Numbered from the stretch's first letter, positions 29,947 through 41,987 are shown. The stretch is DNA of 64,000 bases from an uncultured delta proteobacterium (GCA_963752595.1 CAVVYZ010000014.1:98678-162677); one strand, 5' to 3'. A program made the numbers and translations. The notes: generated from the sequence alone by a model not told the origin.

Positions 29947-30057
29947 GCTTACAGTGATTCCCGATTTGGGATTTTTATTTGTAAGGTACCCTAAACTCCT
30001 CCCTTAAAAAAGGAAGAAGGACCTCTTAAGAAAATGAGAGGTCCTTCTTCCTTTTTT
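29947..30057 (+). ncRNA. Putative sigma-54-dependent small regulatory RNA (~110 nt)
   Basis: Starts at the predicted +1; 5' stem CTTACA/TGTAAG enclosing TCCC/GGGA; CU-rich linker AAACTCCTCCCTT; terminator; no ORF. Confidence 0.7.
30006..30057 (+). terminator. Intrinsic terminator
   Basis: AAAAAA-GGAAGAAGGACCTCT-taagaaaatg-AGAGGTCCTTCTTCC-TTTTTT, perfect 15-bp stem. Confidence 0.9.
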
Positions 30058-30190
30058 ACCCTTTTCACCTCTTAAGGCAAAGCCCTCAGAAGCATTTTGT
30101 TGGCGCTGAAAAATCTTTTTCTCTCTTTCCCTTCCCTTAAAATCTGCCTGTGGAGTAAAAATATCCTATACACTCTCCGAATTATTTTAT

Positions 30191-31243
30191 ATGATGAATC
30201 CAATGGCAAATGGACACAGGGAATCCGGCATAGCCTCTTCTCCGGACGTCAGCATCATCGTCCCCATGTATAACGAGCAGGACAATGCCGAACATACGGT
30301 TCACAGAATTACCCAGATCCTCTCGTCATCGGGTAAAAGCTTCGAGATAATCCCGGTCAATGACGGGAGCACGGACAACACCCTGGCCATCCTTGATTCA
30401 ATTGCGAGCAAGAATGCGCATGTCCGCGTGGTGACATACTGGAAGAACGGCGGAAGGGGCAAGGCTTTGCGCTATGGGCTCAAATCATCCCGGGGGAAGT
30501 ACATTGCAACCATAGATGCCGACCTTTCCTACGATCCGAAGTATATCCTTGAGATGACCCGGGTACTGGACGAGGAGAGCGATGTAGATGTGGTCCTTGC
30601 AAGCCCTTACATGGAGGGCGGTACAACCGAAGGGGTTCCGCGCGACAGGCTCCTCATTTCAAGGCTCGGCAACAAGATACTCCAGATGGCAATACCCGAG
30701 GGGATACATACGCTGACCTGCATCGTCCGGTGCTACCGGAATGAAGTGATCGACAGCCTCGACCTTGAATCGGACGGAAAGGAAATTCACCTGGAAATCC
30801 TCTCGAAGCTGCTGGCCATGGGGTTCCGGGTAAAGGAAATCCCGGCCACCCTCACATCCCGCAAACGGGGCAGCTCCAAGTTTACCTTCCGGGCAACTGC
30901 GATCTCCCACATCATTTTTACCATTTTCGAGAGGCCGAGCCTGCTGTTCGGGCTCCTGGGGATCTTACTCACGCTCATCGGCCTGGGCTTAGGGGTATTT
31001 TCCTTCATATTGTATTTCCAGGAGGCTCTCAATCCGAACAGGCCGCTGCTGACACTGATGATCCTCTTCATTCTGGGGGGCATGCAGATCCTCTCCTTCG
31101 GCTTCCTCGCATCCCAGATCAATTTCTTAAGAAAAGACGTCCTTCTCAACCGCAGAGCCATATCCCGCATTATGTCCAATGAGCCGGAAACCGTATCTTC
31201 CCCTCCTGATGAAAAACCGTTATCCAAACACAAATCCTCTTGA
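30191..31243 (+). CDS. GT2 polyprenol-phosphate glycosyltransferase (DPM1/ArnC-like) with two C-terminal TM helices
   Basis: SIIVPMYNE, VNDGSTD, NGGRGKAL, DADL, C-terminal hydrophobic segments. Confidence 0.85.
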   Translation: MMNPMANGHRESGIASSPDVSIIVPMYNEQDNAEHTVHRITQILSSSGKSFEIIPVNDGSTDNTLAILDSIASKNAHVRVVTYWKNGGRGKALRYGLKSSRGKYIATIDADLSYDPKYILEMTRVLDEESDVDVVLASPYMEGGTTEGVPRDRLLISRLGNKILQMAIPEGIHTLTCIVRCYRNEVIDSLDLESDGKEIHLEILSKLLAMGFRVKEIPATLTSRKRGSSKFTFRATAISHIIFTIFERPSLLFGLLGILLTLIGLGLGVFSFILYFQEALNPNRPLLTLMILFILGGMQILSFGFLASQINFLRKDVLLNRRAISRIMSNEPETVSSPPDEKPLSKHKSS

Positions 31244-31284
31244 CAACAGGTGTTATTCATGATTCCCTGATCAAAAGGGGTCAT

Positions 31285-31297
31285 ATTGTCATACAAT
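31285..31297. promoter_or_regulatory. Palindromic operator ATTGT-CAT-ACAAT upstream of the acyl-CoA dehydrogenase
   Basis: Same motif recurs at 33812-33828. Confidence 0.55.
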
Positions 31298-31388
31298 GGG
31301 GGGCTCCACACAGAAATACTGCTTGTTCGTAGCGATTACTTCTCCCCCGCATCAGAGCTCGGCACAATAAACAAAAAGAGGAGGCACT

Positions 31389-33255
31389 ATGGCAAGTCTC
31401 ATCCTGGATGAACGGGATCAAAAATTTGTTTTGTTTGAGATGCTCCAGTCCCAGAAACTCTGCGAGTTCCCGAAGTATGCAGACTTTTCCCAGGATATGT
31501 TCGAAATGATTTTGAACGAGGCTCAGAAGTTCGCTGCCGAAGAGATCTTCCCCACCCTAGAAGAATCAGATAAGCAGGGCTGCAAGCTCATTGACGGGCA
31601 GGTTCATGTTCCCGAATGTTTTCATCGGCCGTACAAGCTTTTCTGCGAAGCAGGATGGAACTGCATGTCCTCCCCCCAGGAGTACGGCGGCCAGGGGCTG
31701 CCCTTCCTCATGAGGATCGCGGCTCATGAATGGTTCATGCATAATTTTGCCTTTACCTCTTATCCGGGGCTCGCCGAGGGCGCATCTCACCTCATCCGGA
31801 TATACGGCAGCCGGAAGCAGAAAGAGAAATACATTCCGAAGATGATCAGCGGGCAGTGGGGCGGTTCCATGTGCCTGACCGAGCCGGGTGCCGGCACCGA
31901 CGTGGGGAATCTGAGTACCAGGGCCGATCCGCCAGAGCGACGGCACCTTCCTGATCAAGGGAACGAAGATGTTTATCACCGGAGGAGACCAGAACTTCAC
32001 GGAGAACATCATCCACCCCGTGCTCGCCCGCATCGAGGGCGATCCGGCAGGAACCAAGGGTATATCCATCTTTATCGTGCCAAAATACCTCGTGAATGAA
32101 GACGGTTCCCTCGGAAGGCGCAATGACTTCGAGATCGCCAAGATCGAGGAAAAGATGGGCATCCACGGCAGCGCCACCTGCCTGATCAACTTCGGCGACA
32201 ACGGCCAATGTTACGGGGAACTCCTCGGTGAAGAGCGCGAGGGCATGAAGGTCATGTTCCAGATGATGAATGAGGCAAGAATCGCTACCGGTCTTCAGGG
32301 CTTGTGCAGCGGGAGCATAGCCTATCTCCACGCACTCAATTATGCTCGTGAGCGCCTCCAGGGTTCATCGTTGATGGAATTCAAGAATCCCGAAGCCCCG
32401 AGGGTCGCCATCATCGAGCATCCCGACGTCCGCCGCATGCTCCTGTGGATGAAATCCAACGTCGAGAGCATGCGGGCGCTCATGTACTATGCCACGTTCT
32501 GCGGAGACAGAGCCATGAATTCCTCGGATGAGGCAGAACTGGACAAATGGCTTGGGATCTTCGAGGTGCTTACGCCCATCTGCAAGGCATACACGACGGA
32601 TATCGGATTCAAGGTCACCGAGACAGCCATGCAGGTGTACGGCGGATACGGCTATTGCAGTGAGTACCCGATAGAACAGTTCATGCGCGATGAAAAGATC
32701 GCCAGCATCTATGAAGGTACGAACGGCATCCAGGCCCTCGACCTCATCGGCAGAAAGCTCGGCATGAAGAGGGGAGCGTACTTCATGCATCTCTTGGGAG
32801 AGATGAACACCACCACTGCAAAAACAAAAGATATACCGGCTCTCAAAGACCTTGCGGTCGACGTGCAGGCAGGGGTCAATGCGCTTGCTGAAATGGGCCT
32901 CTTCCTCGCAAGCTGCGGCAAAGCAGGGAAATTCCTTATCCCTGTAGGGAATGCCTACCCCTTCCTGATGATGATGGGGAAGATCATTTCTGCATGGATG
33001 CTCCTCTGGCAGGCCGAAACGGCCCTGCAGAAGCTCACGGAGCTGGGAAAAGAAAAATCGCTCGATATCTCGGACCCCGCTGTTCTGCGCAGCCTCGTCC
33101 GGGAGAGCAAAGAAGCAGCCTTCTACGATGGAAAGATAAAGAGCTCGAAATACTTCATCAAGAACGTGCTTCCCGAGATAGAAGGCACGATCAGAGCGAT
33201 CAGGAGCGAAGATCTGTCCATCATGGAAATATCGAACGAGGGTTTTGCTTCATAA
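31389..33255 (+). CDS. Acyl-CoA dehydrogenase (long, ~620 aa type), frameshifted near 31925
   Basis: MCLTEPGAGTD in the first ORF; KMFITGG, EEKMGIHGSAT, MQVYGGYGY, IYEGTNGIQALDL in the second. Confidence 0.9.
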
Positions 33256-33277
33256 CAGGATAAGCCCATGCCCGACG

Positions 33278-33328
33278 CAATCAGGGGGGAGGAACGGTTC
33301 TCCCCCTTGATTGTGTTTTTCTTTTTTC
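33278..33328 (+). terminator. Intrinsic terminator after the acyl-CoA dehydrogenase
   Basis: CAATCAGGGGGGAG-gaacggtt-CTCCCCCTTGATTG followed by T-rich tail. Confidence 0.75.
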
Positions 33329-33445
33329 CTGTCCGCGCTTTCACTCCATACATGCCTGTCATCAATATAATAATACCCGTGGCCTTCTCTACAGAATGAT
33401 GAGGTAGAATATTGGTTAGTTGCCTTTACCGGGATGAGGGGTTCC

Positions 33446-33672
33446 ATGGGCGATAAACACAAGACAAGGGCAGAGCTTATCGAAGAGAACAAGCTGCTTA
33501 AACTCCGCCTCGATACTCTTCTGAAAGATGCAGCAGGAACAAAGCAGAAGGAAGGACCCCGGACCTCTATGAGATCATAGAAGCCATACCCAAGACCAGC
33601 GTGGGCAAGATAGACAAAAAGGAACTGCGGAAACAGTATGCACAGGAAAGCGTACGCTATGCCTCCAAGTAA
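33446..33672 (+). pseudogene. Chimeric relic: sensor-protein-like N-terminus fused out of frame to an acyl-CoA ligase C-terminus
   Basis: MGDKHKTRAELIEENKLLKLRL... then, in another frame from ~33559, PDLYEIIEAIPKTSVGKIDKKELRKQY...*. Confidence 0.65.
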
Positions 33673-33702
33673 AAGAGCGTAACAGGACACACATGCGTCT
33701 TT

Positions 33703-33746
33703 ATGGGGACATCGAACCACACTTTCCGATGTCCCCATTTTTCTTT
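33703..33746 (+). terminator. Intrinsic terminator
   Basis: ATGGGGACATCG-N12-CGATGTCCCCAT-TTTTCTTT. Confidence 0.7.
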
Positions 33747-33797
33747 GCCCCCATTGATTTCTCTCCTCTAAGCCGGGTCAGGAAAACAATTGTCTTA

Positions 33798-33828
33798 TTT
33801 ACTCTTGTGACATATTGTATTACAATAT
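33798..33828 (+). promoter_or_regulatory. Sigma-70 promoter (TTTACT-17-TACAAT) overlapped by palindrome ATATTGT-ATT-ACAATAT
   Basis: Read directly; upstream of the acyl-CoA synthetase. Confidence 0.6.
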
Positions 33829-33968
33829 TGTTTGTTACTGTTATTCCATTTCCGGATTGAGACAACACCTATATCTTTGGTTTCGGGCAGGCGGGCTGTT
33901 TCAATTCCCGATCCGAAGGGATTTTTTGATCTTGAAAATGGCTATTCCACACCAAGGAGGTTTTTCCC

Positions 33969-35813
33969 ATGCATGGAAAGGGGTTCAGGCATCTTATCAG
34001 AGCTCTGCCGTCTCTTGCCTCAATGGAGCAGACAGGAGGATTACTACGCACATTCCTTAAACAATGGGGAGGATTGAATACCTTACGCATATTCTTCAAG
34101 ACCGGCCAAAGGACAGGCCACCTCGCGACGTGCAAAGCTCTGCTCAATTTCAGGCTGGAGAAGCTCACGCCGAACTTCCTCGTCTCTCTCTGGGAAGTAT
34201 TCGGCGAGCGCGAGGCTATCATATCCGGGACAAGGCGGTTTACCTATTCTGATCTGAAGACGCGGGTCTTCAAGCTGGGAAACGCCCTGCAATCTCTCGG
34301 ACTCAAACCCAAAGATCGCTGTGCCGAACTCCTGTACAACGGCAACGAATTCTTCGAGGCATTTTTTGCCTGCTCTCTCATCGGCTGTCCCATGCCGTTC
34401 CTCAACTGGCACATGACCGGTAAAGAGCTTATCCATGCCATCAACACTGCAAAGCCCAAGGTTCTGATCCTGAATAGCGAATTCATCCCCGAGGTCCTCG
34501 CAGTAAAAGATCAGATCCCCTCTGTCGAGCACTACATCGTTGCAGGAGGGAAAGCGCCCGACGGCATGATCTCATATGAGGACCTGCTTTCAAACGCTTC
34601 CGTCACCATGCCCGACCCGCATTTTATCGTGGCCCTGAACCCCTATACCGGAGGCACGACCGGGATGCCCAAGAATGTGAATTACTTCGACAGCATCGGC
34701 TATGCCTTCAGCGATCTAGCCACACCTCCTGATGTACCCCTGGGTGAGTATCTCAAGTTCCTCATCCTCCAGTTCAGCTTCATGTTCTATTTCGGCGGCA
34801 CCGAGATCTGCGACGAAAAGACCAAAAACATGCGCTGTCTCATCCCGGGCCCTCTCTACCATGCCGGGACCATCGCTGCCTGGGTGCCCTTCATCCTGCT
34901 CGGAGGAACCGGGGTGGTGATGAAGACCTTTGATGAAAGGGAATTCTTAAGACTCATTGAGGCGGAACGGATCAACTGGGTCTTCGTCGTGCCCACCATG
35001 CTCGAAAAGATCTTGAGCCTTCCGGAAGAGGCGAAGAACTCCTACGACTTGAGCTCCATGCATACCCTGATCTGCGCCGCAGCACCTGCCACCCCTGAGC
35101 TGAAAATGGCTACCAATGCGTATTTCCGCTCCAGGGGCAGCAGGAAAAACGTGTTCACCGAATTCTACGGCTCGTCCGAAACAGGGGCGGCCTCAGTCCT
35201 TCTCCCGGCCGATTATGAAGAAAAGCCGAAACGCTATGAAAGCGTGGGAAAGATCAGGTGCGCACTGACAGGCATCCTCGACAAGGAGACGAACTCCTGG
35301 TGCCCGCCCGGGAAAGACGGCAGCATCATGACGAGGAGCCTTACCACCTTGAATCTGAACTATGTCGGATCATCCGAGCAGGTAAGCAAGGCATTCAGCA
35401 TCATCGACGGGGTTGCCTGGTTCGACGACGGGCTTAAGGGACGCATGGATGAAGACGGCTTCCTCTACCTCACCGGGCGAGAAAAGGAGATGATCATCAC
35501 CGGAGGGGTGAACATCTTCCCCAATGAGATCGAGACCGCCATCAAGCGGAATGCCAAGGTCCTGGACGTAGCGGTGATCAGATATCCCGACAAGGTCCTC
35601 GGAGAGGTCCCTGCGGCCATTGTCCAGCCCAAGGACGGCCAGTGCATCAGCACGGAAGAGATCATCGAATTCTGCAGGAATGAGAAGCTCATGGGATTCA
35701 AGATCCCAAAGTACGTCGAAATCGTGAGCACACTCCCCCGTCATATCGACGGCAAGATGCGTAAGAAAGAGATCGAAGACAAGTATTGGGAAGGTATCGA
35801 ACGGAGGGGTTAG
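33969..35813 (+). CDS. AMP-binding acyl-CoA synthetase
   Basis: YTGGTTGMPK, FYGSSE, DEDGFLYLTGREKEMIITGGVNIFP, LPR..DGK. Confidence 0.92.
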   Translation: MHGKGFRHLIRALPSLASMEQTGGLLRTFLKQWGGLNTLRIFFKTGQRTGHLATCKALLNFRLEKLTPNFLVSLWEVFGEREAIISGTRRFTYSDLKTRVFKLGNALQSLGLKPKDRCAELLYNGNEFFEAFFACSLIGCPMPFLNWHMTGKELIHAINTAKPKVLILNSEFIPEVLAVKDQIPSVEHYIVAGGKAPDGMISYEDLLSNASVTMPDPHFIVALNPYTGGTTGMPKNVNYFDSIGYAFSDLATPPDVPLGEYLKFLILQFSFMFYFGGTEICDEKTKNMRCLIPGPLYHAGTIAAWVPFILLGGTGVVMKTFDEREFLRLIEAERINWVFVVPTMLEKILSLPEEAKNSYDLSSMHTLICAAAPATPELKMATNAYFRSRGSRKNVFTEFYGSSETGAASVLLPADYEEKPKRYESVGKIRCALTGILDKETNSWCPPGKDGSIMTRSLTTLNLNYVGSSEQVSKAFSIIDGVAWFDDGLKGRMDEDGFLYLTGREKEMIITGGVNIFPNEIETAIKRNAKVLDVAVIRYPDKVLGEVPAAIVQPKDGQCISTEEIIEFCRNEKLMGFKIPKYVEIVSTLPRHIDGKMRKKEIEDKYWEGIERRG

Positions 35814-35902
35814 AAGAAAGGATATAGGGCACAATTCAACGTCTTACATGCTCTGATTAATATATCCTTTTTCAATTCTCTTTGAGGTCTGTTTCTATCT
35901 TT

Positions 35903-36862
35903 CTATTTCCAGAAGCGCTCTGCCTCGGGAAGCATGCATGATCTTAAACATTCTTCGTCGCATCTTCCGTCGCAGGGCTCGACATGGATGGTAACCGTTG
36001 CATTGGGCAGGCGCTCGGTGATCATGCGGGTAATTTCATCCGTGATGAGGTGGGATTCCGCAACACTCATATGGGGATCTACCAGCATATGAAATTCAAC
36101 GAACCGGTAGCTCCCTGCCTTCCGTGTATGAAGCTTGTGGTAGCCGTGGACTTCATGGGATTTGCTGGCAATGAGCTCTCTGATAATGATCTTCTCATAG
36201 GATGGCAGGGTAAAATCCAGGAGATCGCGTGCAGACTGAACCGTGAGCCTCCATGCTGCGTGTATGATGAGCAGAGCCACACCTAAGGCTGCCAGCGGAT
36301 CGATCCAGTGAAAATGCTTCCCCGGCATCATGATCTCGGCAACCCAAATAACCAAGAGGCCGCCCATGATACCTGCCGAGGTATAAACATCTGTCATCAA
36401 GTGCCAGGCATCAGCCTTCAGCGCAACAGAATCGGTCTTCTCGCCGGTCTTGAACAGTTTACGGGAAACGGTTACATTTACGACGCATGAAAAGAGCATG
36501 ACGCCGATGCCCCACGGGACAGCTTCCAGCGGCCTGGGGTGCAGAAGCCTTCCTATTGCTTCCGAGATGATCCACACTGCGGCAAGAAGAATCAGCGCCG
36601 CCTCTATCGTACCGGAGATGTTCTCTATCTTCCCGTGGCCGAAGGGATGCTCCCTGTCGGCAGGCTTCCCTGACTTCTTCACCGAGACGAATGCGATAAC
36701 TGCTGCAAGCAGGTCTACACCGGAATGGGCCGCCTCTGAAATGATCGAGACGGACCCCATCATTATACCTATGATTATCTTTGCAACGATCAGCGTACTG
36801 TTGGAGACAATCGAAAGACCCGCGGCATCGATTTTTTCCCTATTTGCTTGCCTTGCATCCAT
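35903..36862 (-). CDS. Cation diffusion facilitator (FieF-like)
   Basis: SEAAHSGVD, HPFGHGKIE, ADAWHLMTD, IHVEPC. Confidence 0.92.
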   Translation of the reverse strand: MDARQANREKIDAAGLSIVSNSTLIVAKIIIGIMMGSVSIISEAAHSGVDLLAAVIAFVSVKKSGKPADREHPFGHGKIENISGTIEAALILLAAVWIISEAIGRLLHPRPLEAVPWGIGVMLFSCVVNVTVSRKLFKTGEKTDSVALKADAWHLMTDVYTSAGIMGGLLVIWVAEIMMPGKHFHWIDPLAALGVALLIIHAAWRLTVQSARDLLDFTLPSYEKIIIRELIASKSHEVHGYHKLHTRKAGSYRFVEFHMLVDPHMSVAESHLITDEITRMITERLPNATVTIHVEPCDGRCDEECLRSCMLPEAERFWK

Positions 36863-36995
36863 TGAATGCTTCCTTTGCCTGCAACGTCAGTAATATCTGA
36901 GATACTTCATGTATGTGAATATCCACAGCGATAAAGTCAAGAATGAAAAGAGCCTCTGCCACAAGAACTGTGAGGTATAGGGTACCAAGCGGATG

Positions 36996-37069
36996 TGCGC
37001 CCAGCAGGACTCGAACCTGCGACCTTTTGATTCGTAGTCAAACGCTCTATCCAACTGAGCTATGGGCGC
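36996..37069 (-). tRNA. tRNA-Arg(ACG), CCA not encoded
   Basis: GCGCCCATAGCTCAGTTGGATAGAGCGTTTGACTACGAATCAAAAGGTCGCAGGTTCGAGTCCTGCTGGGCGCA folds as a cloverleaf. Confidence 0.97.
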
Positions 37070-37078
37070 GTGAAAGTG

Positions 37079-37107
37079 GTTATAAAGAGAATTAATGCAG
37101 GAGTCAA
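37079..37107 (-). promoter_or_regulatory. Sigma-70 promoter of tRNA-Arg
   Basis: TTGACT-17 nt-TATAAC on the minus strand. Confidence 0.75.
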
Positions 37108-37122
37108 TAACACTCTCCACAG

Positions 37123-37156
37123 AAAAAAGGGGGATCATCGGATTGTGATCCCCCCG
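37123..37156 (-). terminator. Terminator of the atp operon
   Basis: GGGGGATCA-N8-TGATCCCCC followed by T6 on the minus strand. Confidence 0.75.
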
Positions 37157-37188
37157 TATTATCGAAGGAGTGAACTGTTTCCTGCTTT

Positions 37189-37608
37189 TTAACTCTTCTG
37201 CGAGTTCTCCCGAACCTTGAGCTTGACTTCGGCCTTCCTGATCTTGCCATCCAATTTGTTAAAATCGGGATCATCCTTGTCAAGGCCCTTGATCTTCTGC
37301 TCGGCCTGCTCCAGCTCGGCTTTTACTTCTTGTTCGTTGATATCTTCGGCAAGCACGGCTGATTCGGCCAGTACAATGACCCTGTTTCCGATGATTTCGG
37401 CGAATCCGCCGCCGACCGCCATGTAGATGTCCCTGTCTTCGGCCTTTGCTATGAGCTGGCCTGGCCTCAACGTCGTGAGAAACGGCGTGTGCCCGATCAA
37501 AACGCCGAACTCGCCGGCACTCCCCGGGGCGATGACCTCTTCCACCATACGGCTTAAGACCGCCTTCTCAGGGGTTACTACATCGAGCTGCATGAAATTT
37601 TCGGCCAT
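37189..37608 (-). CDS. atpC: ATP synthase epsilon
   Basis: LDVVTPE, GEFGVLIGHTP, GGFAE. Confidence 0.95.
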   Translation of the reverse strand: MAENFMQLDVVTPEKAVLSRMVEEVIAPGSAGEFGVLIGHTPFLTTLRPGQLIAKAEDRDIYMAVGGGFAEIIGNRVIVLAESAVLAEDINEQEVKAELEQAEQKIKGLDKDDPDFNKLDGKIRKAEVKLKVRENSQKS

Positions 37609-37620
37609 TGTTTGACTCCC

Positions 37621-39042
<1,422 letters not shown>

Positions 39043-39052
39043 TTATGATTAT

Positions 39053-39913
39053 TTAACCCTTCAAGGCCTCTGCACCGCCCACGACTTCCATGAGCTCCGT
39101 CGTAATAGCAGCCTGTCTAGCCCGGTTGTACTTTATGCTCAGCCTGCCGATCATGTCGGCGGCGTTGCCCGATGCACTCTCCATGGCGGTCATGCGCGCA
39201 CCATGTTCCGATGCGGCTGATTCAAGGATTGCACGGTAGAAGAACATCTTGAAGCTCATGGGAAGCAGCGCATCAAGAAGAACGTCTTCGGACGGCTCAT
39301 AGAGATATTCCACGTTGTTCGCCTCGTCTTCCACGTCCATACGCTCCACCGGCAACACCCTGTCCTCATGGAGGATCTGAGTCATGGCCGATTTGAACTC
39401 ATTGAAGATAACGATCAGTTCGTCGAATTCTTCCTTGATGTACCCTTCAATGAGATCGTTACCGATTTCCGAGGCCAGATCATAGGACGGAACCCCGATC
39501 ACCACATTCTTGCGCACCTTGACGGGCTTGCGCTTGAAATAATCTCTGGCGCGTTTCCCCACCAGGACCAGTGAGAGCTCCTCGTATTTGTCCTTATTGG
39601 CCTTGATGAAGGCTTCTGCCCTTCTGAAGACATTCTGGTTAAAAGAACCGCACAGACCCCTGTCAGAGGCAATGACCACGAGAACGCACTTTTTGGGTTC
39701 TCTGACTCTCAGCAGGGGGTGCATTTCAGGATTGGTCCTCGTTACCAGCGAGATCAGAACCTCGTTCGTCTTGATGGCATAGGGGCGGGCTGCGATGATA
39801 TCGTTCTGAGCTCTCCTCAGCTTCGCTGCCGCGACCATGCGCATGGCCGAGGTTATCTGCTCTGTCTTCTTTACAGAGCCGATCCTATTCTTTAGGTCCT
39901 TTAGATTCGGCAT
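39053..39913 (-). CDS. atpG: ATP synthase gamma
   Basis: ITSAMRMVAAAK, SDRGLCG, RQAAITTEL. Confidence 0.97.
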   Translation of the reverse strand: MPNLKDLKNRIGSVKKTEQITSAMRMVAAAKLRRAQNDIIAARPYAIKTNEVLISLVTRTNPEMHPLLRVREPKKCVLVVIASDRGLCGSFNQNVFRRAEAFIKANKDKYEELSLVLVGKRARDYFKRKPVKVRKNVVIGVPSYDLASEIGNDLIEGYIKEEFDELIVIFNEFKSAMTQILHEDRVLPVERMDVEDEANNVEYLYEPSEDVLLDALLPMSFKMFFYRAILESAASEHGARMTAMESASGNAADMIGRLSIKYNRARQAAITTELMEVVGGAEALKG

Positions 39914-39922
39914 TTAAGCACC

Positions 39923-41440
39923 CTACTTCTCTTCAGCAACGAAGATCTTTTTGAATTCTGCTATTGCATCTTTCAGCTTTTTCTCGGTCTCTGCTTCCAT
40001 CTTTCCGGAATCTTTGATGGTTTTCAGAATGTCGGCATGCTTACTTTCCATGAAGGCATAATACTGCTGCTCGAAATCGCCGATTGCGGATATCGGATAC
40101 TCATCCAGATGGCCGTTGGTTCCCACGTAGAGCATGGCAACCTGCTTCTCGACCGGCAGCGGCAGATACTGAGGCTGCTTGAGCATTTCCATCAGACGTG
40201 CACCGCGGTTGAGCTGTGCCTGGGTTGCCTTGTCGAGGTCTGAACCGAACTGGGAGAACGCTGCAAGCTCACGGTACTGGGCGAGGTCGAGCCTCAGAGT
40301 ACCGGCAACCTTTTTCATTGCCTTTGTCTGGGCGTTACCACCCACGCGGGAAACCGAGATACCCACGTTGATGGCAGGACGGAAACCTGAATAGAAGAGG
40401 TCGGTGTCCAGGAAAATCTGTCCGTCCGTAATGGAGATGACGTTTGTCGGAATGTATGCGGAAACGTCACCGGCCTGGGTCTCAACGATAGGCAGTGCCG
40501 TCAGTGATCCGCCGCCCATGGCATCGCTGTACTTTGCGGCGCGCTCGAGCAACCTGGAGTGCAGGTAGAAAACGTCGCCGGGGAAAGCTTCGCGTCCCGG
40601 AGGCCTTCTCAGAAGCAGTGAAAGCTGCCGGTAAGCCTGGGCCTGCTTGGTAAGGTCGTCATAGATGCACAGTGCGTGTCCGCCCTTGTTCATATAGAAT
40701 TCGCCGATGGCTGCTCCGGCGTACGGTGCGATGTACTGGAGAGGTGCAGGGTCGGAAGCAGTAGCGGCAACCACGACCGTGTATTCCATGGCGCCATACT
40801 GTTCGAGGGTTGCAACAACCTGGGCGACCGTCGACTGTTTCTGGCCGACTGCAACATAAATGCAGATAACCCCGTTGCCTTTCTGGTTGATGATGGTATC
40901 GAGCGCAACGGCTGTCTTGCCTGTCTGGCGGTCGCCGATGATGAGCTCGCGCTGCCCGCGTCCGATGGGGGTCATGGAATCGATGGATTTCAAGCCTGTC
41001 TGGAGAGGCTCTTTCACCGGCTGCCTTTTGACGATGCCGGGAGCTTTGAGGTCCATGACGCGGCTTTCGGAGGAGGCGATGGGTCCCTTACCGTCGATGG
41101 GCTCACCGATTGCGTTCACGACGCGACCGAGCATGCCTTCTCCGACCGGGATTTCCACGATTCTCTTGGTCCTGCGGACAGAATCGCCTTCCTTGATGCC
41201 TACGGACTCACCAAAGAGAACGCAACCGACGTTATCCTCTTCCAGGTTAAGGGCCATGCCCATGACGTTGTGAGGAAACTCGATCAGTTCACTGGCCATC
41301 ACGTTTCTGAGACCATAGACACGGGCAATACCGTCGCCGACGCTCAAGATCGTACCAGTCTCGGCAACATCTACCTCTTTCTCGTACCCCTTGATCTGGT
41401 CCTTGATAATCTTACTTATTTCTTCGGCCCTTATCTGCAT
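39923..41440 (-). CDS. atpA: ATP synthase alpha
   Basis: [31 protein letters not shown]. Confidence 0.98.
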   Translation of the reverse strand: MQIRAEEISKIIKDQIKGYEKEVDVAETGTILSVGDGIARVYGLRNVMASELIEFPHNVMGMALNLEEDNVGCVLFGESVGIKEGDSVRRTKRIVEIPVGEGMLGRVVNAIGEPIDGKGPIASSESRVMDLKAPGIVKRQPVKEPLQTGLKSIDSMTPIGRGQRELIIGDRQTGKTAVALDTIINQKGNGVICIYVAVGQKQSTVAQVVATLEQYGAMEYTVVVAATASDPAPLQYIAPYAGAAIGEFYMNKGGHALCIYDDLTKQAQAYRQLSLLLRRPPGREAFPGDVFYLHSRLLERAAKYSDAMGGGSLTALPIVETQAGDVSAYIPTNVISITDGQIFLDTDLFYSGFRPAINVGISVSRVGGNAQTKAMKKVAGTLRLDLAQYRELAAFSQFGSDLDKATQAQLNRGARLMEMLKQPQYLPLPVEKQVAMLYVGTNGHLDEYPISAIGDFEQQYYAFMESKHADILKTIKDSGKMEAETEKKLKDAIAEFKKIFVAEEK

Positions 41441-41441
41441 C

Positions 41442-41987
41442 CTATATCTCCCCTTTTAAACTCTGTTTTAATTTCGAAATCTGTGTTCTTACGCTTCCGT
41501 CATAGATCATTCCCTCGACCTCGGTAATCATGCCGCCGATGAGGGAGGGCTCTATGTGTACGTCCATATCCACTTCCTTTTTGAAAACCTTGGAGAGTGT
41601 CTGGGCAACTTTCTGCAGCTGCGCATCATCAAGGCTTGCCGCACAGACCACGCGTGCCCTCACCCTTCCCGATATCTCGTCGAGAATCAGCTTGTAAGCA
41701 TCCAGGATTTCGGAGAGGACAAAGAATCTGTCCTTATCCAGCAGGATGTTTAAGAAATTCAGAGAATATACTGACATGGAAATTTTGGATGCAACTTCCT
41801 TGAGGATCCTTTTCTTGAGTACGACGTCGTATAGCGGGCTCTCCAGGATGGATTTCAGTTCTTCGCTGCCGCCCATCAGTTGAGTAATGCTCTGCAATTC
41901 CTCAAGAAACTGCTTCTCCTTACCCTCTTCCTGGCCAAGGTCATACAGTGCCCTGGCATATCTTCTGGCTATAACGTCACTTTTCAA
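41442..41987 (-). CDS. atpH: ATP synthase delta
   Basis: [17 protein letters not shown]. Confidence 0.93.
   Translation of the reverse strand: MKSDVIARRYARALYDLGQEEGKEKQFLEELQSITQLMGGSEELKSILESPLYDVVLKKRILKEVASKISMSVYSLNFLNILLDKDRFFVLSEILDAYKLILDEISGRVRARVVCAASLDDAQLQKVAQTLSKVFKKEVDMDVHIEPSLIGGMITEVEGMIYDGSVRTQISKLKQSLKGEI

Noticed and set aside
36880-37069. tRNA-Arg as an integration site
   Set aside because: No integrase or duplicated tRNA 3' end seen in the window; flanking genes are housekeeping
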